This document shows, in pieces, positions 38,944 through 48,631 of a stretch of DNA of 64,000 bases. Under the pieces are notes generated by a model that was not told the origin of the DNA, did not search any database, and saw nothing but the letters and a program-made list of their open reading frames with translations. A program made the position numbers and the translations under genes. The DNA comes from a bacterium (GTDB taxonomy: Bacteria > UBA8248): positions 224,001-288,000 of the forward strand of contig OY843592.1 of assembly GCA_963692865.2 (NCBI GenBank), read 5' to 3'. The first letter of the stretch is position 1, and every line of letters begins with the position of its first letter.

Positions 38944-40677
38944 TCAAGCGAATGAATCGCCACCCGATTTTCCCATCCGCCCGCGGCGAATGTCGACTAT
39001 CTTTCCGTTGAACAGGTCCACGATCTCCTGAATCACCGCCTCTTCATTCTCATCCAGTTTCCGGCCGCGCGCGCGGCTCGTCTCCCCGGCCCCTCGCCCG
39101 GTTTGCGGGTGCGCGCCGTTCTCCGCGCCCGCTATCTCGACCCTGGCGCTCCAGGGGGAATTTTCCCTGAAAAACGCCTCGATTTCGGGCAGCACCTCCC
39201 GCGCCATGTGCAGGTTCTGCGCGTTCGTGTTGTCCGGGGCGAGAACCACGCGGATGCGCCCCTCCGTTTCGAGGTCGATCTCGACGCCCTGAAAAAGCGG
39301 CCGCCGCATCGGGCGCAAGGCCGCCACCGCTCCCGTCCAAACGCGGCGCGCCTCAACGGAATCCCACGCCCGCGCCTCGGCCTGCGCGGCGGAAGAGCTT
39401 CCCGAGGCGGGTTCGGCCGCGGGCGGCGCCGGAGCGGGCGCGGCGGTTTCCGGGGGAGGCTGCGGCGGCGCGGCGCCCGGAGTTTCCGCCCTCGCTGAGG
39501 GGGCGCGAGGCGGATTCGGCGCCGCGCCCGCGCTCATGGACTCGAGCCTCTCCATCAAGGCGCTCAGATCCGCTATCGGCTCGATCTGGCACATGCGCAG
39601 AACCGCGACCTCGAGCGTCATGCGGGGATGATCCGACGCCCTGAGTTCGAACTCCGCCCCCTGCAGAATGGAATAGGCCTGGTGCGCCTCGGCGAAACTC
39701 ATCTTCGCGGCCACCTGCCTGCGCTCTTCGACCTCCGAAGCCGCCACGTCGAAGAGCGCCTCGTCGTCGCCGGCGGACAGGAGCACCATGCAGTCGCGCA
39801 GGTATTCAAGCAGGTTCGCGGAGAAGAGCTTGAGGTCGTGGCCCGCGTCGAAGAGGCGCTTGAGCTCGGTGAGCGCCCCTTTCCCGTCGCGCGCAACCAC
39901 CGCCTCGACCAGGGCCTTGTGGATGCCGCCCGAGGGCACCCCGAGCACCTTTTCCACCTCTTCGCTCGACACCGGATCATCGGCGGCGAAGGCCAGCACC
40001 TGATCGAGCAGGGACTGCGCGTCGCGGATGCTGCCCTCCCCCATCCGCGCCAGCAGCTTGACGGCCGCCTCGTCCATCCGCCTCTCCTGCGCCTCGACGA
40101 TGTGGGCCAGATGCGCCGCGATGACCGAGGTCGCGACCCTCCTGAACTCGAACACCTGGCAGCGGCTCAAGATGGTGTCGGGGACGTTCTTGACCTCCGT
40201 GGTGGCCAGAATGAAGACGACGTGGGGCGGCGGCTCCTCGAGCGTCTTGAGCAGCGCGTTGAAGGAGCTTTTGGAGAGCATGTGCACTTCGTCGAAAATC
40301 ACCGTCTTGTAGCGCCCGCGCGCGGGCTGGTAGCGCAGCCCCTCGCGCAACTCGCGCACGTTGTCCACCCCGGTATAGGTGGCGGCGTCGATTTCGAGGA
40401 TGTCGGGATGACTCCCTCTGGTGATCTCTTCGCACGATGCGCACTCGTTGCACGGCTCGGGCAGCGGCCCCTCACCCGATTCGCAGTTGAGCGCCTTGGC
40501 GAGAATGCGCGCGGTGGTCGTCTTGCCGACCCCGCGCGTTCCGCTGAACAGATAGGCGGACGCGACGCGCCCGGATGCCAGAGCGTTCGAGAGCGTTCGC
40601 CGGACATGCTCCTGGCCGATGAGTTCATCGAAACGCTGCGGACGCCATTTCCTGGCGCTGCCGATGAAGGCCATCAA
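38944..40677 (-). CDS. dnaX: DNA polymerase III gamma/tau
   Basis: ARKWRPQ, GTRGVGKTT, DEVHML, SRC, Pro/Ala linker. Confidence 0.97.
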   Translation of the reverse strand: MMAFIGSARKWRPQRFDELIGQEHVRRTLSNALASGRVASAYLFSGTRGVGKTTTARILAKALNCESGEGPLPEPCNECASCEEITRGSHPDILEIDAATYTGVDNVRELREGLRYQPARGRYKTVIFDEVHMLSKSSFNALLKTLEEPPPHVVFILATTEVKNVPDTILSRCQVFEFRRVATSVIAAHLAHIVEAQERRMDEAAVKLLARMGEGSIRDAQSLLDQVLAFAADDPVSSEEVEKVLGVPSGGIHKALVEAVVARDGKGALTELKRLFDAGHDLKLFSANLLEYLRDCMVLLSAGDDEALFDVAASEVEERRQVAAKMSFAEAHQAYSILQGAEFELRASDHPRMTLEVAVLRMCQIEPIADLSALMERLESMSAGAAPNPPRAPSARAETPGAAPPQPPPETAAPAPAPPAAEPASGSSSAAQAEARAWDSVEARRVWTGAVAALRPMRRPLFQGVEIDLETEGRIRVVLAPDNTNAQNLHMAREVLPEIEAFFRENSPWSARVEIAGAENGAHPQTGRGAGETSRARGRKLDENEEAVIQEIVDLFNGKIVDIRRGRMGKSGGDSFA

Positions 40678-40720
40678 GAATCCACCCCAAGAATTTTCGC
40701 CATTAAAGGAGCCCCATACC

Positions 40721-40877
40721 CCATGAGCGGCGCAGATCCTGCGACGGAGCCGGCCGGCCAGGCGCCCTCGTGGCGCCCGGGAGTGTCCGCTTACCGCTGC
40801 TTCCTTCCGGACCTGACGGGGTTCGCGGGCTCCCGCCGCACGAGACCCGACCGGCCGAATCCATCACAGGCTCATGG
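40721..40877 (-). ncRNA. ffs: Signal recognition particle RNA
   Basis: The minus strand contains CCGTCAGGTCCGGAAGGAAGCAGCGG (SRP helix 8). Terminal CCATGAGC/GCTCATGG pairing, promoter TTCCCA-17-TAGGAT just upstream, and position upstream of dnaX. Confidence 0.9.
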
Positions 40878-41011
40878 AGAAATCCTACCCCGTCCCCCGG
40901 CCTTTGGGAAGCGCGGGCGCCGGCATTTTCGAAGCGGCGAACCGCATGGCGGATAACCATCCATATAACATGGCGTTAGGGGGGAATCTCTTTCGGGAAG
41001 GCGCCGTCGAC

Positions 41012-41409
41012 GGGGCTGTTGAAAAAGCCCCTCCTGACAAGGGCGGTTCGGGGGTTGGTTTCAAGCCGAGGGAGGGCGAGCGCAGCGGGTGAAGGGCGAT
41101 TCCCTCCGCCCCCCTTGTCGGGGGTGTTGAAAAAGTCCCCCAAAGGGGTTGTTACCCCCAATCGAGAGTGTTCACCGTCATTCCGGCGAAAGCCGGAATC
41201 CACTTTTACGCCTTTTGCCTTTCGTCCGGATACCCGCGCATCGGCGGGAAATGAAACGCCGCCGTATGTTCACCCGCACCCGCAAATGGATTCCGGCTTT
41301 CGCCGGAATGACGAACAAAACCACACCGCCTCTTGCAGGGGGACAGGTCGCGACCTGTCCCTACGGCGAACGATCTCGAAAGTCGGGCAAGGGCTTTTTC
41401 AATAACCCC
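41012..41409. mobile_element. MITE-like element with GGGGCTGTTGAAAAAGCCC inverted ends
   Basis: Ends 41012-41030 and 41391-41409 match 17/19. It encloses a CGTCATTCCGGCGAAAGCCGGAATCC inverted pair (41176-41313). Confidence 0.65.
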
Positions 41410-41614
41410 TTGTCAGGGGGGTAAAAACGATGCCCCTCGACAAGGGGCCTTTTCAACGATCCCCTGCGCCGGAATGGCGGACGACGGGGGAATGGCATGA
41501 GCATCGCCATTTCGCGCGCAATGGGGTTACAATGAGCCTTTCGAACACGCACTCGCGTGAATCCCCCGGCGCGCGGTTCGACTTCGCGCCGAACGAGGAA
41601 GGGCCGTCGGACGC

Positions 41615-42475
41615 ATGTCGCATTCCAAGGTCGTCGAACTGGCGGAGGGAAAGGTCTACGCCCTCCACAACACTTTTCCCTTGGACGGGCGGATCAGCGC
41701 ATACCCCATCAGCGCGCGCGGGCACAGCGTCTCGAACTGCTATCTTTTGAAAGAAGACGCAGGAGCGCTGCTGCTCGACACGGGCTACGCCGCCCATGAA
41801 ACCGAAATCCTGGCGCAACTCGCATCCATCCTCGAGCCCGACACGCCCCTGACGATGCTCCCGCTGCGCATCAACGAATTCATGTCGGTGGGCAACGCCA
41901 TGGCGGTCGCCAAGCGCTTCAACGTGGCGGAGTGCCTCGCGCCCGTGCCGGAGATCAACGAGTGGCTCGAGTTCGAAGCGCTGGAGCCCGGCGGCGGCAA
42001 CGGCAATCCCGTCCTTCCCACGACGATACTGAAGCCCCTGCATCCCGTTGAAATCGGCGATAGACGTATCGAGGTCATGAACGCGCCGATCCGCCTCATC
42101 AGCACCCGCTGGATTTACGACCCTGCCACGCGCACCCTGTTCACCTCGGACATGTTCAGCCACCTCTGGGCGGAAACGGCGGAAGGCCCCTGGATTCTGG
42201 ATGAGGACGAGGTGACGACGACGGCCTTCGTCCGCTCGTTCCTGCTGAACACGCGCTACTGGTGGCTAGAGGGCGCGCGGACGGACGCCATCCGCAAGGG
42301 TATCGCCGAAGTTTTCGAGCGCTACGAGATCGAGACCATCGCGCCGGGATACGGCGCCGTCCTGCGCGGGCGTCACCTTGTCGAGCGGCAATTCGCCGTG
42401 CTGGATGAGGTTCTGGCGGGTCTCGACCGGGGCGTCGTCAAGCCGGGCTACGTCGCGCTGGGTCTGGAGAGATAG
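41615..42475 (+). CDS. Metallo-beta-lactamase-fold (FprA/ODP-like) protein, degenerate
   Basis: SNCYLL...LLLDTG, TLFTSDMF, IAPGYG; the HxHxDH site is replaced by LRINEFMS. Confidence 0.7.
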   Translation: MSHSKVVELAEGKVYALHNTFPLDGRISAYPISARGHSVSNCYLLKEDAGALLLDTGYAAHETEILAQLASILEPDTPLTMLPLRINEFMSVGNAMAVAKRFNVAECLAPVPEINEWLEFEALEPGGGNGNPVLPTTILKPLHPVEIGDRRIEVMNAPIRLISTRWIYDPATRTLFTSDMFSHLWAETAEGPWILDEDEVTTTAFVRSFLLNTRYWWLEGARTDAIRKGIAEVFERYEIETIAPGYGAVLRGRHLVERQFAVLDEVLAGLDRGVVKPGYVALGLER

Positions 42476-42483
42476 GAGCGCGC

Positions 42484-43245
42484 ATGAGCCGGCCCCTGCC
42501 CCGAGAAATATCGCCCGGCGTATTCTGGCTCGGCGACTGCCTCGTGCAGCACTCACAGGGCAAAATCTACCACTCCTACAACGCGGCCTTCCTCGTCATC
42601 GGCTCGGAATCCTCCATGCTCGTGGAGACGGGGCACCCCAAGGATTTCCCCGTCATCGAGCGCCAGATGAGGGACATCCTCGCCCGCGGCGGAGGCCCGC
42701 TCAGGCACCTGTTCCTGACCCATCAGGAAACGCCCCACTCGGGCGGGCTGGGCCGCGTGCTCGACAGATACCCCGACCTCACCATCCACGGAGACATGTG
42801 CGACTACCATCTCGCGTTCCCCCAGCACGAAGGCCGCTTCAAGGAGATGCGCGTGGGAGAGGCCATCGATCTGGGCGACACCCAATTCATGGCCGTGGAG
42901 CCCGTGATCAGGGACTTGCGGAGTTCTCTCTGGGGGTTCGAGACCAAAGGACGCGTGCTGTTCCCCGGTGACGGTTTCGCCTACAGCCACTACCATACGG
43001 ACGGCCACTGCGGGATGTTCGCCGAAGAGGCCGCATCGCTCGATCTGGTCGACGCACTGGGGGTTTTCGCCGAACGCGCCCTGTACTGGACCACCTTCAC
43101 CGACATGAACGTCTACGCCGACAAGCTCGAAGAGCTGATGGACGAACTTGGCGTCCGCGTCGTCGCGCCGACGCACGGCCTCCCGATACGGGACATCGCG
43201 CGCACCATGCCCAAGGTGCGGGAAGGCCTCATCCGGGGCGATTGA
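42484..43245 (+). CDS. Metallo-beta-lactamase-fold (FprA/ODP-like) protein
   Basis: YNAAFLV...LVETG, THQETPHSGG, LFPGDGF, APTHG. Confidence 0.75.
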   Translation: MSRPLPREISPGVFWLGDCLVQHSQGKIYHSYNAAFLVIGSESSMLVETGHPKDFPVIERQMRDILARGGGPLRHLFLTHQETPHSGGLGRVLDRYPDLTIHGDMCDYHLAFPQHEGRFKEMRVGEAIDLGDTQFMAVEPVIRDLRSSLWGFETKGRVLFPGDGFAYSHYHTDGHCGMFAEEAASLDLVDALGVFAERALYWTTFTDMNVYADKLEELMDELGVRVVAPTHGLPIRDIARTMPKVREGLIRGD

Positions 43246-43390
43246 AGCGCGAACCCCGGAGGGGGGAATTCCAGCCGATGAATGAGGAATCGTAGAGGCA
43301 ATCCCTCCTCGGGGTTGTCCTGCCCTCCGTGTTTGTTCTCGTTCAAGGCGGATCTGGGCAGGACAGGCACAGAGGCCTGTCCCTACAGAC

Positions 43391-43789
43391 TTAGACGTCC
43401 TCCACAAGTTCCCACAGCGTGCCCATGGTGCTCTTGGGCTTGATGAAGGCGATGAGGTGGCCGCCGAAGCCGGGTCTTGATTTCTCGTCAATCAACTCGA
43501 AGCCTTGCGCCTTCATGTCGGCCAGCACGCCGTCGATGTTCTTCACGTCGAAGGCCACATGGTGGAGACCCTCGCCGCGCTCCTCGATGAATTTGGCGAG
43601 GGGCGTGTCTTGCCGGATGGGCGAGATGGGCTCGATGAGGTCGCCGCCCAGGTCCAGCATGGCCAGATCGGTCGCGCCGTCGGCGGAAGTCTCGCGCGCC
43701 AACAGCTTCGCGCCCATGCCCTCGTAAAGGGCGATGGCGGCGTCCATGTCCTTCACCGCGACGCCGATGTGATGAAATTTGTTGAACAT
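43391..43789 (-). CDS. VOC-family protein (methylmalonyl-CoA epimerase-like)
   Basis: HHIGVAVKD, GEGLHHVAFDV, FIKPKSTMGTLWELVE. Confidence 0.85.
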   Translation of the reverse strand: MFNKFHHIGVAVKDMDAAIALYEGMGAKLLARETSADGATDLAMLDLGGDLIEPISPIRQDTPLAKFIEERGEGLHHVAFDVKNIDGVLADMKAQGFELIDEKSRPGFGGHLIAFIKPKSTMGTLWELVEDV

Positions 43790-43999
43790 CTCCGTATTCC
43801 TCCCGGCCGGAAGCGGCGGCGGGGCGTCTCCCATCGCCGCATCGGCCATTCAAAGATTTAATGACAATCTGTTTAACAGGCTTGCCGGGATTCCACAATC
43901 GAACCCGCTGCGAAACTATACTTGGCGAAGCGTTTGCCGTATCCTTCGCGCATCGGCGAAATCATACGAATCGCATATACACCCATAAGGAGAACATCC

Positions 44000-44563
44000 A
44001 TGCAAGAAGGCCCCATCGACGGACACGCCACCTCCACCGTGCCGGGCGAGCGCGTCATCGACAAGCCCGAACTCCCCTCCGGGGGGCTTTACACCGACAA
44101 CACCGTCCACACGGAGATGCACGAGGGCTCCCTGCAACTCAAACGCGGCACAGCCGGAAAATTCGAGATATTCTGCGACGAGGGCGCGAACATCGGCGGC
44201 ACGGCGCAATACCCCACGCCGATGGCCTATCTCGCCATGGCGACGGGCTTCTGACTGCTCACCCAGGTGTCGCGGTACGCGCACATGATGAAAATGGAGA
44301 TCAAGGGAGCGAGCGTCTCGGTGCGGTTCCGGAAACTGCTGGGCGGCTCGGTGCTCAAGGGCACCGTGTTCAACAAGTGGGAGGCCGTGGACACGCACCT
44401 GAAAGTCGAATCGGACGAACCGGCCGACAGGCTCGCCCACCTCATCAGGAACGCCAAGAACGGCTGTTTCGCCGAGGCCCTGATCACGGAACCCGTGCCG
44501 CTCCACTCCACCGTGGAGGTGAACGGCGAGCCGTTCCGGATAGAGGGCGTGACGGCGGACTGA
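44000..44563 (+). CDS. OsmC/Ohr-like selenoprotein candidate (Sec at TGA 44252-44254)
   Basis: DEG...GG...PTPMAYLAMATGF-TGA-LLTQVSRYA is in frame with ...AKNGCFAEAL. The TGA is at the first catalytic Cys of OsmC and the second Cys is present. RBS AAGGAG. Confidence 0.88.
44267..44284 (+). promoter_or_regulatory. Candidate bacterial SECIS hairpin
   Basis: GTG-T-CGCG-GTA-CGCG-CAC: stem starts 12 nt after the UGA, with a 5' bulged U and a GU-starting loop, resembling the E. coli fdhF SECIS architecture. Confidence 0.7.
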
Positions 44564-44584
44564 CACCCATACATGGAGTTTATC

Positions 44585-45046
44585 ATGGAATACTTCAACG
44601 CATCGCCCGGCATCGCCTTCGGCTCGCAGCCCGAGCCCGCCGACCTCGAAGCCCTCGCCGCCAGGGGGGTCAGTACCATCATCAACACGCGCTTTCCCGA
44701 GGAAGACCAGGGCGACCTCCCCCCCGAGCGCGCGAAGGCCCAGGCCGAGGCGCTGGGGATGCGCTACGTGAACGTCCCCGTCTCGCCCGTCGAGTTCAGC
44801 CCCGCCTCGCTGGCCGAGGTGAGCCGCGCCCTCACCGACGCCAGGGCCCACGGCCCCGCCTTCGTCCACTGAAAGGCCACGGGGCGGGCCGGGATTTGCT
44901 CGCTGAACCATCTGGCGGATGAGAACGGCTGGACGGCGCGGGAGATGGAGGAGGCCGCAGACGCCACCGGCTTTAATTGGCGCGAGGCGCCTCTCGCGCC
45001 CAAGTACCGCGAGTTCTTCGCGCGCAGGCCCGAGGGGTCGTCGTAA
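44585..45046 (+). CDS. DUF442/Blh-like sulfurtransferase or PTP-fold selenoprotein candidate (Sec at TGA 44870-44872)
   Basis: GSQP...GVSTIINTR..EE...GMRYVNVPV...PAFVH-TGA-KATGRAG continues 57 more codons to TAA 45044-45046. The TGA is at the Cys of the HC-x4-R loop. Alternative start at 44573. Confidence 0.82.
44884..44903 (+). promoter_or_regulatory. Candidate bacterial SECIS hairpin
   Basis: GCGGGC-CGGGATTT-GCTCGC stem beginning 11 nt after the UGA. Confidence 0.5.
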
Positions 45047-45213
45047 ACCCTCAAGCTGCGGCCCGATGCGCGCCGCGCGCAAATGCGGGCAATTGCGGGG
45101 AAATGCCGAGGCGGCGAAAAACTTTTTTTTGCCGTAAACTTGAGTCCGGCGCGTTCATATTTATAGCATAACCAGCGATATTACAATCATTTACGGGAAA
45201 TATTCCTTTCATC

Positions 45214-45263
45214 AATTTATCGAAAAACGTCGTGAATTTATCCGAATTTATACAATTTTTCAG
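45214..45263 (+). repeat. AT-rich dispersed repeat core, copy B
   Basis: 49/50 identity with 32966-33015. Confidence 0.85.
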
Positions 45264-46284
45264 TAATTCCGAATCTTGCCCGACCGGGGAAGGAGCGGCT
45301 GCGCTTCGCCGGTCGGGCAGTGAACAATCGCGCCGCCCCATACGAATCGCCGCATCCATTTTCTCCCCTCCTCTCATCGCCGAGAACAGCAATTCCTCGC
45401 TCCCCGCTCGAAATTGACGTTCGCGCGCGGGATTATCGCCCGCTACGCAGAAAACCCGACGACGGCAATTGCGGGGAAATGCGGCGTCAGCCGGATTTTG
45501 CGGGGATGGCCCACGGGGTTCTTGAAAAAGCCTCCCTGAAAAGGGGCGTTGGAGGTTGAACCCGACCGAGAAGAGAGGGTTCACGGCAAGGGGAGGTAAA
45601 AGCGATGCGCCCGGCGTGGGGTTTTTCGACAGCCCGGACACGCGGCCCATGGCCGGGAGGCGAAAACAGGCGGGGCCGCAAGGAGCGATTGCCCGCGCGC
45701 GTGGCTTCGACCGTCATGCCGGAACCCTCTCATCCGGCATCCCGTAGGGGCGGTTCGCGAACCGCCCCGCTTCCCGAGTGGTGAAAAATCCCGGTTTTAA
45801 GGCGAAATATCCGCGGCGTATCGTGGGACAGGCGAGTGTTGGGGTGGAAATGAACGCCTTGTTCGCCGTCGACGGGGGGAGGACGACAGCGATTTGAGGG
45901 GGGGCGTTCGGTGGAAATTTTACTTTTCCCCGATTGATATTTTCGCTTTATTGTCGTATCATGTCTTTATGGCTGCAGAGATGAAAAGAAGAAGCGGCGA
46001 GTTGCGCACAAGGGAATGCGTTTCGTCATAGCGCTTTTCCGATGCGGCTGGAGTCCTCAGCGAAACGATGACGGGAAAGGTTGTCTTCGGAAAATGGCGT
46101 GGCGGCGGTTTGGCATAGTGAAGAAGTGGATTTTTGGTGATTCGTTTGACTCCCTTATATCCTTGAGACATCTTTTGGTTTGTTATTTCCTGGAAAGCCC
46201 GCCCGAAATTTTCACCCGAAGGACAGTCGCGCATCCGGTATTTTCCACCCGTCGCACGGTCGGCGAACGACTGCGGAATACGGC

Positions 46285-47280
46285 ATGGTGATCGGGCAAA
46301 CCACGGTCTTCAAACCGCGAATCGAAACGTATTGCGTCGAGACGGGGCAATTCGAATTGGGGTTCGAGACCAGAAGACAGGGGTTCCTGGCTTCGCTCCG
46401 CAGTTCGGGAAAGCTCGATTACAAGCGCTACCTCGGTTCCCCGCTTCGCTACGCGGGAGGCAAGAGCCTCGCCGTCGGGCACGTCGTCGAGCGCATACCG
46501 GACAACTTGGACCGCATGGTGTCTCCGTTCATCGGCGGCGGATCGGTGGAGATCGCCTGCGCCAACGAACTGGGAATTCAGGTGCAGGGTTACGACGTAT
46601 TCGATATCCTCACGAACTACTGGAAGGTTCAACTGCAGAGCCCCGTCGAGTTGGCCGAGCGCATCTCGAAGTGGAAGCCCACGAAGGCCGCTTACGCTCA
46701 GGTGAAGGAACGTCTGAAAGCGCACTGGAAGGCGGAGAAACGCATCGCCGATCCCCTGGAACTGGCGGCTCGTTATTGGTTCAATCACAATCTGAGTTAC
46801 GGACCGGGTTTTCTAGGTTGGATGTCCAAGATTTATGAGGAACCCGATCGTTTTGAGCGCCTGCTCGACAAGGCGCGGGACTTCAGGTGTCCGGACATGC
46901 GGGTGGCGCATGGATCATTCGAAGCGACCATACCGCGGCATCGGCGAGATTTTCTGTATTGCGATCCGCCTTATTACCTGGACGGCGACAGTAAAATGTT
47001 CCGGGGCATTTACCCTCAAAGGAATTTCCCCGTCCATCATAAGGGCTTCGATCACGAGCGTCTCAGGGACTTGTTGTATGAACATGAGGGGGGATTCATT
47101 CTTTCCTATAACGACTGCAAGGCGATCCGGGAATGGTACGCCGATTTCCGCATTGTCGAAGTAGAGTGGCAGTATACGCTGGGCCAAGGCGAAACGCGGA
47201 TCGGCAAGAACCGGATCGAGAACGGAACGAAAAATCACGTGAAGGCGTCGCACGAACTTTTAATCGTGCAAGGAATTTGA
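46285..47280 (+). CDS. Dam-like (D12 class) DNA adenine methyltransferase
   Basis: SPLRYAGGKS, SPFIGGGSV, YCDPPY. Confidence 0.9.
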   Translation: MVIGQTTVFKPRIETYCVETGQFELGFETRRQGFLASLRSSGKLDYKRYLGSPLRYAGGKSLAVGHVVERIPDNLDRMVSPFIGGGSVEIACANELGIQVQGYDVFDILTNYWKVQLQSPVELAERISKWKPTKAAYAQVKERLKAHWKAEKRIADPLELAARYWFNHNLSYGPGFLGWMSKIYEEPDRFERLLDKARDFRCPDMRVAHGSFEATIPRHRRDFLYCDPPYYLDGDSKMFRGIYPQRNFPVHHKGFDHERLRDLLYEHEGGFILSYNDCKAIREWYADFRIVEVEWQYTLGQGETRIGKNRIENGTKNHVKASHELLIVQGI

Positions 47281-47281
47281 A

Positions 47282-48067
47282 GTGGCGCGAAGGCGCGCGA
47301 TGACTTCCGATCACGCCGGCGAAGTGAAAATAGCCGGGCATTTGAATGAGTACGACTTCGCCGATTTGATCGGGGGAGAAGTCAATCTCGGAACGCACAC
47401 GGACAAGAAAGATGTGATCGATGGACAGCATCGCTCCCATTCCGTGAAAGCGGGAACGTGGTGGCAAGTATTTCTCTACGGCAGGGATCGCCTGGAAACG
47501 AACACCATTTTCCAGGGATTGGGCGAAGTCGCCAACATCATGATCGCGCGCATCGACGCCTATCCGTCAAGCTATGCCGACTACCAACGCGATAAGACAG
47601 AGGCGAAGAGAAAACTGCAACCGCGCATGCGGAGACTTTTGGCCGAACTTGAAAAACCGAACATATTCAGCGCATTTCTCGACAAGCCGCTCTTCGATGG
47701 CGGAAATGCGGAATACCTGAGCATTTTCCTCGGCCCTGCGAAAACGGACAAAAAGAACAAAACCTTTCATGTATTCCACAAAGATGCAGTCGTGGCCGCG
47801 CTTGCGGCGGACGTAACGCTACGCAACTCCAAAGCCAGAAATGCGAAGCAGATGGACGATCAGAAAGTTACTTTCCGGTCTGCGCTTCATCGCAAGAATA
47901 TCGGAGAGATCGAGGATCGCCACGACAGCAAAGGGCACTACAGGGAGATGAAATTCCGTCTCAACGCCAGGCTGGTTTTTGAGATTCTAACAAACGGCAT
48001 TACGGACACGAAACTGGCGAGACCTCAGGTGATCACCTACGGGAGAGCTGCGCGGTTGTTCAAATGA
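47282..48067 (+). CDS. Putative type II restriction endonuclease
   Basis: Begins 1 nt after the MTase stop; GH.NE...KKDVID...SVK PD-(D/E)XK-like motif. Confidence 0.6.
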   Translation: MARRRAMTSDHAGEVKIAGHLNEYDFADLIGGEVNLGTHTDKKDVIDGQHRSHSVKAGTWWQVFLYGRDRLETNTIFQGLGEVANIMIARIDAYPSSYADYQRDKTEAKRKLQPRMRRLLAELEKPNIFSAFLDKPLFDGGNAEYLSIFLGPAKTDKKNKTFHVFHKDAVVAALAADVTLRNSKARNAKQMDDQKVTFRSALHRKNIGEIEDRHDSKGHYREMKFRLNARLVFEILTNGITDTKLARPQVITYGRAARLFK

Positions 48068-48631
48068 GGCATCCCGTGAAAAAGCGCGCCTCCTCCCCAT
48101 AGCCCACGGACTGGCAGCCGGGTTAGCCAAACCGGAGAAGAAAGTCCGCAACAATGCCGCGACGGAGAACCTTGCGAGTCAGGCGCTCTCCAGCGCGTCC
48201 GAGATGCGCTCGCAGAAGACGGCGTCGCCGGGGAACTAGAATCACTGGTTGGTGCGTTGCTGAAAACCGCCGAGGTCAATCCCTGACCGCCTCCTCCTCC
48301 CCGGTCTTCCAGACGCCCCTCTCCCGGAAAGCGGGGATGGTCCGGCGACGGCTGAGAAGATCAACCGCCTTCGTCCCGTTCACGTTGATTCGTCGATTTT
48401 ACGTGAACGAACCACGTAAAACGCTCTTCACTCACCCCTGATCGAACAAGCCAAGTGAATGAATTTTGCGGCTCGATTCCGGCATGCGCCGGAATGACGG
48501 CGCTGCGGTTCGCTTCCGACCGGGAGGGCGCATTCGACAGTTTCCTTGACACTCACCTTGCGCGTCGCTAGGTTGTCCCGGATTATGTCCAGCCAGCCAC
48601 GACCATCATCGCCACCAGCCTGGAGGGAGCC

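Noticed and set aside
38944-40677. Programmed frameshift producing DnaX gamma
   Set aside because: No A-AAA-AAG or long A-run slippery site was noticed at the expected position.
25426-44872. Genome-wide UGA reassignment (Trp/Gly) as the explanation for the in-frame TGAs
   Set aside because: Many conserved genes here end properly at TGA (serS, dnaX, ybaB, thiL, ADH), TGG is used for Trp, and all four internal TGAs fall at catalytic Cys positions.
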